A stretch of 64,000 bases of DNA from Chiloscyllium plagiosum (GCF_004010195.1 NC_057751.1:8090137-8154136); one strand, 5' to 3'. Shown: positions 12,591 to 24,785, numbered from the stretch's first letter. The notes: generated by a model not told the origin, from the sequence alone. Program-made: numbers and translations.

Positions 12591-13287
12591 CATGTTCAGA
12601 TCTCCTGCCTGTGGTCTTTTGGCTGATCTGACACAGGACAATTAAAAGAATACTCTAGTCACTGTATCACCACATCTAGTTAGAGGAAGAACTATTGTTT
12701 TGAGTTGATACCATTGCTTCTCTGGGCTGCAATGGATCTCAGCCTGCAACATTATCCCTCAAGATTTCTCAATCCCATGGGATTTCTGCAGATTCGATAC
12801 TTGTCCTTTACTCCTGAGGTTGCTCTATCAAAATAGGTTCTGACTCTGCAGTGCCTCCAAGTTCACCTTATCAAGGTATAACTCTTCACCACTCTAACTC
12901 TGTCTGCTAAACTGCTGAATTACATTTGTACATATAGAAGTTGGTAACAGCTCTTGAACATGGTGTTTCCATGGTTCGCTTTTGTGACCTTCAGTCGCAT
13001 GTGGCTGTTGATGTCAGACACATTTCATCATGTATTCCTTCAGCACCAAAATATTCCTACTGCATTGTATGACAAGTATCACTGGGGGATCTCACTCCTG
13101 ATAGGTCTTTAAGTGGTGGTCCCTACTGGAAGACTGGGCATTGGATGAGAATACATGAATGAGTGTGACAATGTACACATCGACAATGCAGCAACGACCA
13201 CCAGGTTTCACACATAGAGAAGAGGATGGTTTGACATTTTGACCAGGGTACAGAGCTTCCTTGGAAACACAGAACCAACAGTATGGT

Positions 13288-13644
13288 GGGCAGTGTGGTG
13301 GTCCAGTGGTTTGCACCGCTGTCCCACATCACCAGGGGCACGGGTTCAATTCCAGCCTTGGGCTGCTGCCTGCGTGGAGTTTGCACATTCTCCCCGTGTC
13401 TGCATGGGTTTCCTCCGGGTGCTCTGGTTTCCTCCCACAAACCAGAGATGTGCAGGTTAGGTGGATTGGCCAGGCCAGATTGTCCATACTATTTAGGGAT
13501 TTGCAGACTGGGAGGATTAGCCATGGGAAATGCAAGGTTGTAGGATAGAGTAAGGGGATGGTTCTGCATGGGATGGTCTTCAGAAGTTTAGTGTGGACTT
13601 GATGGGCCAAATGGCCTACTTCCACAAAGGGATTCTGTGATTCC
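13288..13644 (+). mobile_element. HE1/V-SINE (older subfamily)
   Basis: tRNA head, V-domain, gattct-type tail. Confidence 0.8.
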
Positions 13645-14552
13645 AACCAGTTTCAGTTGTTGTCTTTTGGGGAAATAAAATGGAGTGGGGCAAAAGAAAG
13701 CTAAAGGATGGTAAGACCTCCCTGAAGAAAAAGGCTTCCCTACATTAAGACAATAGTTGTCATGAATACAAACAATTTCAGACCCCTTTCTCCCCACTAA
13801 AGAAAACACATCCCATAAATTATTCATTCAAACTATGATTCAAATCCAAATCATTCAAACTACACTGCTTTGAGGTAATATGTCACTTGGGTGCAAATTG
13901 TTCAGCAAATGTTCAAAGGTGAAGTGAGTCATGGCAAGAAATGCAAATTCAAGGAATCATACAACTGTCAGCTTTAGAATTATTTCACTGTTGAATGATT
14001 CGTTCCAAATCTGAAGTAGGGTGCACACAAATATCGCTGTTTCTGCTTCATGCCAAACATGCTACTCTTGAGCATTTTCTGAGAGACCCCAATTAATTTG
14101 AAGCATTGCAAGAAAAACTTCTTCCTCCATTTCGCTGTAACTTTTTTTTGTCTCTGAAGTGCACTCTGAAATTTGATTATGATAATTTGAGGCGGATGAC
14201 CTACAGAATGGGGATGGTTAATGTACTTTTCAATGTTGAATAGGTCATCAGTATTCTAATTGTATTGACTGAAGACTTACTCATTGTTTAAAGCCAATTA
14301 TAAAAAGGGTACGTTAAGGTGATCTACTCAATTTCAGAGCAGGTTTTCCCTCAATATATCATCTGATCTTCTCTCTAAGAAGTGTCTCAGTGCCTTTAAC
14401 TTGCATGAAATTGTTCTGAAGTACTGTAGTTATCATGAGCTCAGCAAATGCAGAAATCAAAACACGGATAGCATGCTTTCAGAGGTAGTCATTGGTAGTG
14501 AGCTGGTTTGGAATTGGCAAGGATGTTAGCCGAGCTGTTTCCAGGGGATTCT

Positions 14553-14912
14553 TAAGACCATAAGACATAGGAGCAGAAATTAGGCCATTCAGCCCATTGA
14601 GTCTACTCCGCCATTCAATCATGGCTGATAAGTTTCTCAACCCCATTCTCCCACTTTCTCCCCAAAACCCTTGATCCCCTCGATACTCAAGAACCTATCT
14701 ATCTCAGTCTTAAATATACTCAATGACCTAACCTCTACTGCCTTCTGTGTCAATGGATTCCACAGATTCGCCGCTCTCTGGCTGAAGACATTTCTCCTTA
14801 TCTCCGTTCCGAAAGGTCTTCCCTTTACTCTAAGGCTGTGCCCTCAGGTCCTAGTCTCTCCAACCAAGGGAAACATCTTCCCAACATGCTTTCTGTCCAG
14901 GCCATTCAGTAT
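14553..14912 (-). mobile_element. CR1 LINE 3' end
   Basis: taagaccataagacatagg tail repeat then antisense ORF2 end. Confidence 0.75.
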
Positions 14913-15200
14913 TCCATGTGACAGATGGAGTATGAATGAATGGCATTTGAAGCAAATATGTTGACCAAGCTGGGGTCCGCTTCCCTTGCAAGTGGAACAA
15001 TGAGGGATGAGGGTTTCAAGATTAGGAAAGGTTTGGATGGGACACCTGATATTGCCATTTGTTGGCCATACCCCAGAATGAGTGACCATGCAAATAAAGG
15101 TGATAGGAAAGTCAGCAGAAGATTCTTCCCTCAGAGTGTCAAGAGAACTCGGAAAATTGTTAGCACAGCAACTGGCTGAGATAAATGGCATCTGTGCTTT

Positions 15201-15635
15201 AAGAACATAAGAACTAGGAGCCGGAGTAGGACATCTGGCCCATCGATCCTGCTCCGCCATTCAATAAGATCATGGCTGATCTTTTTGTGGACTCAGCTCC
15301 ACTTACCCACTCACTCACCATAATCCGTAATTCCTTTACTGTTCATAAATCTATCTTTGCCATAAAAACATTCAATGAGATAGTTTCAACTGCTTCAGTG
15401 GGCAGGGGGTTCGACAGATTTACAACCCTCTGGGTGAAGACGTTCTTCCTCAACTTAGTCCTAATTCAGCTGCCCCTTATTTTGAGGCTATACCCCATAT
15501 TCTATTTTCGCCTACCAGTGGAAATAACCTCCCTGCTTCTACCTTATCTCTTCCCTTCATAATTTTGTATGTCTCTGCAAGATCCTCCCCTCACTTTTCT
15601 AAATTCCAATGAGTACAGTCCCAGTCTACTCAAGA
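15201..15635 (-). mobile_element. CR1 LINE 3' end
   Basis: aagaacataagaact tail then antisense ORF2 end. Confidence 0.75.
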
Positions 15636-16255
15636 ACAGGGGAAACTTGATGAACATCCCATGAACAAAAGTCTAATGTCACTTTAGATCTTGCATTCCC
15701 AAGAAGAGTCACGTTAACTCTGGTTCTTCCTTCACAGAGGCAGGTGGATCTGCTGAGTTTCTTCACCGCTTTCTGCTTTTTGACTAATTTCACATATCCA
15801 GCATCCACAGTACTTTTGCTTTTATCACCCTTTTCAAGTCACATGCGTTTTTTTTAAAGAAACCAAACAGTTTTGAGATGTTATGAGACACTTCCAGGCC
15901 TCCCTGGTTCAGAAGTAGGAGCACTACCACTGCAGCACAAGAGCCCCCTCAACCAGTTCAAGATGATAAAGTGGAACGGGTCACTTGCTATCCCGACAGG
16001 TGTGAACACTGGTCACCCACTCACGAGGCTGAGTTACTTCATTCTTCTCACCCACGTCTTTGGTGTCAATTTCATGGGGAGGTAGAGCAGCAACTGGTTC
16101 ACTTATCACTTTATAGGCCGTCTCTTTTGGAGGTCGAGTGTAAAGCTGTCTGAGGCTGACAACATCCGCCAGCCAGTTTACCACATTGTGCTGCTCTTGG
16201 AGAGAGAAAAAGAAAAACTGGTGCCCACTCAGAAAGATTTCTCTGACAGCTTTCT

Positions 16256-16591
16256 GGGCAGCATGGTGGCACAGTGGTTAGCACTGCTGCCTCACAGCGC
16301 CAGAGGCCCGGGTTCAATTCCCGCCTCAGGCGACTGTCTGCGTGGAGTTTGCACATTCTCCCCCTGTCTGCGTGGGTTTCCTCCGGGTGCTCCGGTTTCC
16401 TCCCACAGTGACAAAGATGTGCAGGTTAGGTGAATTGGACACGCTAAATTGCCCGTAGTGTTAGGTGAAGGGGTAAATGTAAGGGAATGGGTCTGGGTGG
16501 TGGCTCTTCGGAGGGTCAGTGTGGACTTGTTGGGCCGAAGGGCCTGTTTCCACACTGTAATTAATCTAATTTAATCTGTAAGTAATCTAAT
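16256..16591 (+). mobile_element. HE1/V-SINE
   Basis: Complete head, V-domain and tail with taatc repeats. Confidence 0.9.
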
Positions 16592-17029
16592 ATAAGCTTT
16601 CAGGTTGGTGAGTTTGCTCACAGACTGTCTTCAGTCTCGGCAGTACAGGAGAAACTGGATGGGGCGCCCGATTCTCGGAAAAGCTCAAGGGGCATGGATG
16701 TGTACTCTGTCTCCTGCTCAAGCTGCATTGAGGCAGCTCAGCATGGCTCATTAGACATCAACTTCTAAAAGCCTGAACCTATGTGCAGTTTTAGTCACCA
16801 CTCTACCAGAAGGATTTGGAAAAAATGGAGAGTGCAGAGAAGATTCACAATGATGTTGCCTGGTCTCAAGGGCATTGGCTGTGAAGAAAAGTTAAAAAGA
16901 CTAGGATTGTTTTCACTGAATAGACAGCAACTGAGGAGAGAGCTGATAGAGGTCTACAAAATTTTGAGAGGCATAGATAAGGTGGATAGCCAGAGGCTTT
17001 TTACTGGGGTTGAAGGTACTGGGGTTGAA

Positions 17030-17440
17030 GGCGACAGAATCAACACGGACATCTACTACAAACCGACCGACTCCCACAGCTACCTGGACTACACCTCCTC
17101 CCATCCTGCCCCCTGTAAAAACGCCATCCCATTCTCCCAACTCCTTCGTCTCCGCCGCATCTGCTCCCAGGAGGACCAGTACAAAATACGTACAACACAG
17201 ATGGCCTCCTTCCTCAAGGACCGCAATTTCCCCCCCGACATGGTCGACGGTGCCCTCCACCGCATCTCCTCCACTTCCCGCTCCTCCGCCCTTGAGCCCC
17301 GCCCCTCCAACCGCCACCAGGACAGAACCCCACTGGTCCTCACCTACCAATCTCCATGTACAGCGCATCATCCGCCGTCACTTCCGCCACCTCCAAACAG
17401 ACCCCAGCACCAAGAATATATTTCCCTCCCCTGCCCTATC
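17030..17440 (+). pseudogene. Penelope-like element ORF fragment (RT thumb/linker)
   Basis: TDIYYKPTDSHSYLDYTSSHPAPCKNAIPFSQLLRLRRICS...PLVLTY, continuing after a frameshift as PTNLHVQRIIRRHFRHLQTDP. Confidence 0.85.
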
Positions 17441-17572
17441 AGCATATCATGTGAATGTTACTTGCCTCTTGTCAGCCCAAGCCTGGACATTGTCCACATT
17501 TTGGGCATGGGCTACATCAGTGTCTGAGGAGTCATGAATGACGTTGAAGATTGTGCAGTCATCAGCAAACAG
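17441..17572 (-). pseudogene. Non-LTR RT fragment containing the FADD motif
   Basis: Minus strand reads FADDCTIFNVIHDSSDTDV...DNVQAWADKRQVTF. Confidence 0.65.
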
Positions 17573-17784
17573 GACTGCAGAACATGGATCAGATCTGTTT
17601 GTTGTGGAATCGCTTATCTCTGCATATCAATTGTTGCTTATTCTATTTGGCATGCAAGTAGCCCTGTTTTGTAACTTTGCCAGGCTTTACTAGCTTCGCT
17701 TATATTCCGAGTGAAGAAAAAGCAGTGGATGATATACGCTTAAGTGTTGTTGTGCTAGTCAGCTACCTTAACGCTATATATAAT

Positions 17785-18096
17785 TCAGTCAAATCCATCA
17801 AATTCAGCACCGCCTTCCTAACCTGAGATCTTCTTCCCGACCTCTCCGCCCCCACCCCAGTCTGACCTATCACCCTCACCTTGACCTCTTTCCACCTATC
17901 ACATTTCCGACGCCCCTCCCTCAAGTCCCTCCTCCCTACCTTTTATCTTAGCCTGCTGGACAAACTTTCCTCATTCCTGAAGAAGGGCTTATGCCCGAAA
18001 CGTCGATTCTCCTGTTCCCTGGATGCTGCCTGCACTTTTCCAGCAACACATTTCCAGCTCTGATCTCCAGCATCTGCAGACCTCACTTTCTCCTCC
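17785..18096 (+). mobile_element. PLE 3' UTR and pseudo-LTR (family A)
   Basis: Nearly identical to the reverse complement of 56660-56940; contains a hammerhead. Confidence 0.85.
17977..18004 (+). ncRNA. Minimal type I hammerhead ribozyme motif (intact core)
   Basis: CUGAAGA-A-GGGC UUAU GCCC-GAAAC-GUC. Confidence 0.75.
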
Positions 18097-18157
18097 TTGA
18101 AGGTTCAATTACAAGGGGACACAGTGTTAGGTGAAGGGGTAAATGTAAGGGAATGGT

Positions 18158-18469
18158 GGGCGGCACGGTGGCACAGTGGTTAGCACTGCTGCTTCACAGC
18201 GCTAGAGACCCGCGTACAATTCCCGCCTCAGGCGACTGACTGTGTGGAGTTTGCACGTTCTCCCCGTGTCTGCGTGGGTTTCCTCCGGGTGCTCCGGTTT
18301 CCTCCCACAGTCCAAAGATGTGCAGGTCAGGTGAATTGGCCATGCTAAATTGCCCGTAAGGGGTAAATGTAGGGGTATGAGTGGGTTGCGCTTCGGCGGG
18401 GCGGTGTGGACTTGTTGGGCCGAAGGGCCTGTTTCCACACTGTAAGTAATCTAATCTAATCTAATCTAA
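18158..18469 (+). mobile_element. HE1/V-SINE, young
   Basis: Complete structure with (taatc)4 tail. Confidence 0.9.
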
Positions 18470-19503
18470 GTTACAGGTTCAAGATGAGAGGGAGAAAGGT
18501 GAAGGGAGATGTGCGAGGGAAGGTATTCACACAGAGAGTAGTAGAAGCCTGGAACGCATTGCTGGAAGAGGTGGTGGAAGCAGGCACATTTCGCAAAATT
18601 TAAGAGGCATCTGGATGGTTACATGAATTGAGAGGGAATAGAGGGATACGGACTGAATAAGGGCAGAAGGTTTTTGTTTAGTTTAGTTCGGGAATGATGA
18701 TCAGCACAGGCTGGGAGGGCTGAATGGCCTGTTCCTGTGCTGTACCGCTGTTTTGTTCTTTTTTTGGTTTTGAACGACAGTGGCAGTCCAGGTGTGGAAA
18801 CATCTCCACCTGAAAGCTCCCCTGCCAGTCACACCACATCCTACCTTGGATACGCTGCCACTGTTTAATGATTGCTGGATTAGAGTGATCGCACGTCCCG
18901 CGTAATGATGGTGCAAATTCACCACTTTTACAAATGTCTCAGCCACCTAGGAAGGCAGCTCCCCACACCCCACTCCCATCCGCTCATCAAGAGGAATCAG
19001 CAACAAAGCCTGGCCCTTGTCAGCCACACCCGCGTCCCAAACAAATGGAAATTAAGTCCACTCATCTGCTCAGGGTGCATGAATAAACACTGAAGTGTTT
19101 CTCTTCAAGGGACTGATCTAACTTGGACCTTGAACAGGTTCTTTCTCTAACCAATATTGGTCAGTGATCGCAAAAGTAAACAATTCTCTCCATTAAATTG
19201 TGACTTTCTGTGTCCTGTTTGAAACTAACCTTCAGGTGGTCACACATCCCCTCACTCTGCTCTTCCTGACCGACTTTGTACTGCAACAGAGCCTTCTGAC
19301 AGTGGATGGCTCTTCTGATATTGTGCCTACATTGTAATTAAGGGTTAGGGTAAAAAGGTGACAGCTATCGATTGGTCATCGCCATTGACCACAGGCCCTG
19401 CGTTCAAGTCCCACATGCGCTGGAGTTGTGTAACAACATCTCTGAACAAGCTGATGAGCAAATATCTTTGACCTGGTATAAAAATGGACTGTTGTGGTTA
19501 TGT

Positions 19504-20314
19504 GAGCTGAAAAATGTGTTGCTGGAAAAGCGCAGTAGGTCNNNNNNNNNNNNNNNNNNNNNNNNNNNNNNNNNNNNNNNNNNNNNNNNNNNNNNNNNNN
19601 NNNNNNNNNNNNNNNNNNNNNNNNNNNNNNNNNNNNNNNNNNNNNNNNNNNNNNNNNNNNNNNNNNNNNNNNNNNNNNNNNNNNNNNNNNNNNNNNNNNN
19701 NNNNNNNNNNNNNNNNNNNNNNNNNNNNNNNNNNNNNNNNNNNNNNNNNNNNNNNNNNNNNNNNNNNNNNNNNNNNNNNNNNNNNNNNNNNNNNNNNNNN
19801 NNNNNNNNNNNNNNNNNNNNNNNNNNNNNNNNNNNNNNNNNNNNNNNNNNNNNNNNNNNNNNNNNNNNNNNNNNNNNNNNNNNNNNNNNNNNNNNNNNNN
19901 NNNNNNNNNNNNNNNNNNNNNNNNNNNNNNNNNNNNNNNNNNNNNNNNNNNNNNNNNNNNNNNNNNNNNNNNNNNNNNNNNNNNNNNNNNNNNNNNNNNN
20001 NNNNNNNNNNNNNNNNNNNNNNNNNNNNNNNNNNNNNNNNNNNNNNNNNNNNNNNNNGGAGGGAGTGGTCTTTCCAGAACGCTGATAGGGGAGGGGAGGG
20101 AAATATATCCTTGGTGGTGGGGTCTGTTTGGAGGTGGCAGAAATGACGAAGGATGATACGATGTATCTGGAGGTTGGTGGAGTGGTAGGTGAGGATCAGT
20201 GGGGTTCTGTCCTGGTGGCGATTGGAGGGGCGGAGTTCTAGGGCGGAGGAGCGGGAAGTGGAGGAGATGCGGTGGAGAGCATCGTCAACCGCATCTGAGG
20301 GGAAATTACGGTCT
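19504..20314 (-). mobile_element. PLE insertion spanning the assembly gap
   Basis: pLTR end 19504-19541; PLE ORF 20058-20314 antisense and homologous to ~17220-17440; TSD ttgtggttatgt at 19492-19503 and 20315-20326. Confidence 0.8.
19542..20057. other. Assembly gap (516 N)
   Basis: Run of N. Confidence 1.
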
Positions 20315-20460
20315 TTGTGGTTATGTTCATACCTGGGTATCTAAGGCAAGGGAGTAAGTAGGATTTACCATTGTGACTGAAGCCGATAATGGCCAGTAGA
20401 CACTGTGGGGGCTGGAATGCATCATCAGCCTTGGGAGCTCAAGGTTAACTTAACTTGTTG

Positions 20461-20805
20461 GGGTATACAAGATAATGAGAGGAATGGATAGAGTCAATAG
20501 CCAGAGACTTTTCCCCAGGGCAGGATTAACTAGAACGAGGGGTCATAGTTTTAAGATATTAGGAGGAAGGTATAGTGGGGACGTCAGAGGTAGGTTCTTT
20601 ATGCAGAGAGTTGTGAATGCATGGAATGCGTTGCCAGCTGTGGTGGTGGAAGCAGAGTCATTAGGGACATTTAAGCGACTGCTGGACATGCACATGAGTT
20701 GAGGGGTGCGTAGGTTAAGTTATTATATTTTACATTAGGATTAACCCTCGGCACAACATCGTGGGCCAAAGGGCCTGTTCTGTGCTGTACTTTTCTATGT
20801 TCTAA
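20461..20805 (+). mobile_element. CR1 LINE 3' end
   Basis: YKIMRGMDRVNSQRLFP...RVVNAWNALP...FKRLLD plus ttctatgttcta tail. Confidence 0.85.
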
Positions 20806-21689
20806 CTTTCTAAGCTCCTTCAAAGATATATCTTTGTTATAGTACCCGTTCTTCAAGCTAATTGGTTAACTGTGAGGAAAATTCTTATCAGACTCACAAC
20901 GTCATCTCAGTTGCCAGATGCTGCCAGACCTGCCTGTCAGTTTCTCCAGCAATTTGTTTCCTCTCTCAGATTTCCAGCATCCACAGCAATTCGCTTTTAA
21001 TTAACAGGGTTAATTATTCATTTGTTCATCTGATCACGCCATTAGGATGTAAGATGGGATGCTCTGGCATCTAATATCTATGCCTTGGAGCCAGAAGGTC
21101 TGTTCAATCCCGCCTACAATGCATGTGTGTCATAATGGATTGAAAAGACTGAATTACCCAAAGTGGGAGGTGAGGCATAAGATGAGTTAAGGGATGGGAG
21201 GCACAGATTTACAAGATTGCACACCCTTGTATAAACTGACTATCAAGAATGAGCTCTGTGAAAGTTATCAGGAAGTGAGAGTGGGCTTGCTCATCACCAT
21301 GTTGTCAGCGCAGATCCTGTCATCACATACTTGTTCACACCTGTCTCAGGAACTTCATCCAAACCACAGTGTTCAAAGCAATGCAGACAAGGTGCTTTCC
21401 TGTGTTTCCAGATTCAGTAAATGAGCACCAGCCCATGCCCAAGTCCCACGCACCCTTCAGTAACTATCAGTGGCAACTGGTTCACCAGTGCATCAATTGT
21501 ACGGTTCCCAATTTCACGTTCACATCTTCTCATGGACTAAAAACTCCCTGGTTCTGTTATCTCCTTCAGCTCAACAACACTGAGGTCTTTGTGTTCCTCC
21601 AACTCTGGTCTTTTGCACATCTTGGCAACTGATCCTGCAACAGTCCCAGTCACAAGCTTTGACATTCCAGCAGTCAAGCAGTCTGTGTC

Positions 21690-21992
21690 TTGTTCTCACT
21701 CTCTGTTTTTGTCATTGCTTTTCTCAGTTTCTGCCTCTCTCTCTTGTCTTTGCCTCTTTCTGAGTTCTCTCTCTCTCTTTGCCTTTTCCTGTCTCTCTCT
21801 ATCTCTCTTTCTGTCTATCTCTGTCTTTGCCTCTCTTGCCTCTCTCTCTCCCTCTCTCTGCCTCTTTTTCTCTCCATCTCTTTTTCTCTCGCTTTCTGTC
21901 TTGCCTCTCTCCTTTTTCTCTCGCTTTCTGTCTTTGCCTCTCTCTCTCTCTCTCTCCCCCCTCTTTCTCCCTCCCTCCCTCTCTCCCCTTCA
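21690..21992. repeat. Degenerate (CT)n polypyrimidine tract
   Basis: About 300 bp almost entirely C/T. Confidence 0.9.
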
Positions 21993-22658
21993 CTGACATC
22001 CCAAAGTTTGGTCACTTGATCTGGGTTCTGACATTTCCCAATGTGGCTCGATGTCAGCTTTGTCAGATAACAATTCTGTGAATCACTTCAGTCAGGTAAT
22101 GGAGCTACATAAATGCATGCTGTCATTGATTAGCTCTGAAAAGGCCCGGTTCCAGCTTTTCATCGCATCTTGATTCGACTCCCTGCTGAAGGTCCAAATT
22201 CAATCAGCAGTTTCCCTGGTTGGCAGTCTGTTTGTGCAACTGTCCCACCTACACCTCATTTCACAAAGGAACGTGCAAAGCCCCAAATTGAAGCTCCCAA
22301 GTAGATGGATTCCTCAGTGTGACAGCGAGAGCGGCTTAAGGTTAATCTGACATCACAATCTCTATTATTCAATTAAAGTGATACGCCCCAGCCCCATTGA
22401 TCAGGAATGTCATTCCAATCAACACACAGATTGCAGGCAGTACATTGATGAATCCCTTACCATCAATGATATAGTGCAGTGTAGACTTCCTCCTTGGCAC
22501 CTGTACATGCTCAACAATATTTCACAAATTACTTCCACGAGCAGTTCAGAGAATGATGTATCACAGAAAAAATGGACATGGTTGTGATTTAATTGGTTGA
22601 TTTCCTCATTCCAACACCCATGTTCAAGCAGTGTCAGTTGGTATTCATTACCCCTTGT

Positions 22659-22803
22659 TGTGCAGGTCAGGTGAATTGGCCATGCTAAATTGCCCCTAGT
22701 GTTAGGTGCACTCATCAGAGGCAAATGGGACTGAGTGGGTTACTCTTTGGAGAGTTAATGTGGACTTGTTGGGCCGAAGGGCCTGTTTCCACACTGTAGG
22801 GAA
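22659..22803 (+). mobile_element. HE1/V-SINE 3' half
   Basis: tgtgcaggtcaggtgaattggccatgctaaattgccc...gggcctgtttccacactgt. Confidence 0.8.
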
Positions 22804-23044
22804 TTTTAAGAATAGTACTTTTCACCTTTGGTTTAGCTTGTTGGTACTAAAGGAGAAGAAATGTTAACTCAACACCCCAACCCCTTCACACAACACCTTT
22901 CTCCTGTTTCCACACTGCAGGGAATCTAAAAAAAAAGGTGAGCAGCACAAGTGTGGCTCTAGGCCACGGCAGACCTGATCTTTCTTCTTCAGCTGATCAG
23001 TGAAGCTCATCCAGCCGTACCTTGCTGGGTGGAATTGAAGACGT

Positions 23045-23880
23045 TAAAGAACTGCAGATGCTGGAAATCAGAAACAGAAACAGAAACTTCTGGAAGGGCT
23101 CAGCAGGTCTGGCCGTGTCTGCGGAGAGAAATCAGAGTTAATGTTTCAGGTTTAATGACCCTTCCTCAGAACAAACCTGTCCATTTTCTTCCTCCCTTCT
23201 CAGTGTCCAAGGGCCCAAACACACCTTCCAGCTGAAGCAGCACTTTGCCTGCACTTCACTCATTCTGGTCTACTGCATTTGCTGCTTTCAATGTGGTCTC
23301 CTCTACACTGGGGAAACGAAGTGTAGGCTGGGCGGCTGCTTCACAAACACCTATGTTAGGACCTCAACAAAGACCCTGAGCATCCAGTTGCCTACCACTT
23401 CAATACATTACCGGTTCCCTGGCCAACATCTCTGTATCAGGCTTGCTGCAGTGCTCCAGTGGAGCTCAGCGTAAGCTGGAAGAACAGCACCTCATTTTCC
23501 ACTTGGGGACTCTGGGCTCAATATTGAGCTCAATAATTTGAGGGCTTGAGTCACCTTCACATGTCATTACGGCAACCCCCACACACCAGGCCTTATTATC
23601 ACACAGTGTGCTATAACAGAGAATCCATTGCAGCCACTAACAGTCCCCACTAAAACGGCTACTCATTCTCTCAGACGATCATTACTTACTCCTTTGTCTG
23701 TCCTTTGGGCTCCAGCTCCACCAATCATTTACTCCTTACACCGTCCCCCCATCTCAATCTTCTGCATGAAAGCCAACGTTTCCCTGCCTCCCACCAATTC
23801 TGTGGAAGGTTCACTGGAGCCGAAACATTGACTCTGATTTCTCTCCACAGATGCTGCCACACCTGCTGAGACTTTCCAGC
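23045..23880 (+). mobile_element. 5'-truncated PLE (family C): inverted pLTR, GIY-YIG endonuclease remnant, 3' UTR, pLTR
   Basis: 23181-23550 reads QGPKHTFQLKQHFACTSLILVYCICCFQCGLLYTGETKCRLG...HPVAYHFN...RKLEEQHLIFHLGTL across frameshifts; hammerhead-like motifs on minus from 23168 and on plus at ~23800-23830. Confidence 0.85.
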
Positions 23881-23883
23881 AAG

Positions 23884-23976
23884 GGAGACAGTATGGACTG
23901 CAGAAGCTGGAAGTCAGAGTCAGTAGATGTGGAGCTGGAAAAGCACAGCAGGTCAGACAGCATCTGAGGCGCAGGA
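23884..23976 (-). mobile_element. PLE pLTR arm (family A-like)
   Basis: gctggaaaagcacagcaggtcagacagcatc. Confidence 0.65.
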
Positions 23977-24153
23977 TTGCCCACACCACTCTGTAGCCAA
24001 TCCTTCTGAAATGGGTTCACATCTGAAATGGACCAGCCAGTTTCTAGGCAATATTCCCACAAATAGCAATGTTTTGGCGATCAGATCATTTTTATTTGGC
24101 TATTTGTTTCCTTGATATGCCACTGTACAGGACCGAACTATATTTGTGACCAG

Positions 24154-24785
24154 TATGATGATGCTGCCCCTTTAATGAGGTCATTTTGCCCTTGGTTTTT
24201 TTTCAAGAGGGGTTGTAAAGTCAGTGGTGCTGAAATGGCTAACAAATGCTGCCTAAGTCAACAATCAGAGGAGCCCTTTAGGATTTCTTTTAGAAACAGT
24301 TGTCCAATGAAAAGGAGTGGCCAGTTCTCCCAGTTCAGGTCTTTTCTAGTTTGGTTTAATTTGAGCAGGGAGTCAGAAATTGCTGGGGACCTGGAGAAGT
24401 GGCTACAGTGAAACAAGGTTCCATGCTTAAACAGATGTTTCTTGTCTGACTCTTCTCTCTGAAATCTCTCCTGCTGTAAGAGCCTGTGTTTGAATTTACC
24501 CATTTACCGAGGGGTGCATTAATGGGATATTGCGGGAATTGGAACAGCTTTGTTAAGTTGCGATTTTGAGTCAGTTGGGCTTTTAAATAGTTAAGTCATT
24601 CTAAATTCTGTTTTCCTTTTTTCGTTTTCAACTGTAGTGCGTAAATAAATCCTGCTTTGCTTAAAGCCGAGTGGTTTGACCAGCTGCGTCATTCCTGGAA
24701 TATCCACCTCACACCTGTGTTTAAAAGAATAAAAGTTAGGTTTGGGCTAAAATGTTGAGGGAGGAGTCTGGACTGGTCCATAACA
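24154..24785 (+). mobile_element. ~630 bp solo LTR (family L2)
   Basis: Ends in ggtccataaca; aataaa motifs; antisense homologue at 58332-58923. Confidence 0.65.

Larger units (their letters stand above)
16780..18750 (+). mobile_element. CR1 LINE 3' fragment in three pieces (16780-17016, 18097-18124, 18473-18750)
   Basis: RVQRRFTMMLPGL...RLGLFSL...LIEVYKILRGIDKVDSQRLF resumes at ttgaaggttcaattacaaggggacacag and again at acaggttcaagatgagaggg. Confidence 0.8.

Noticed and set aside
16781..17527. 248-aa ORF as a novel fusion protein
   Set aside because: Chance in-frame junction of a CR1 C-terminus and an inserted PLE fragment; truncated and frameshifted
19372..20146. ORFs of 237 and 210 aa
   Set aside because: Artefacts of translating through the N gap
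21589..22081. Leu/Ser-rich and Arg/Glu-rich ORFs
   Set aside because: Translations of the CT tract
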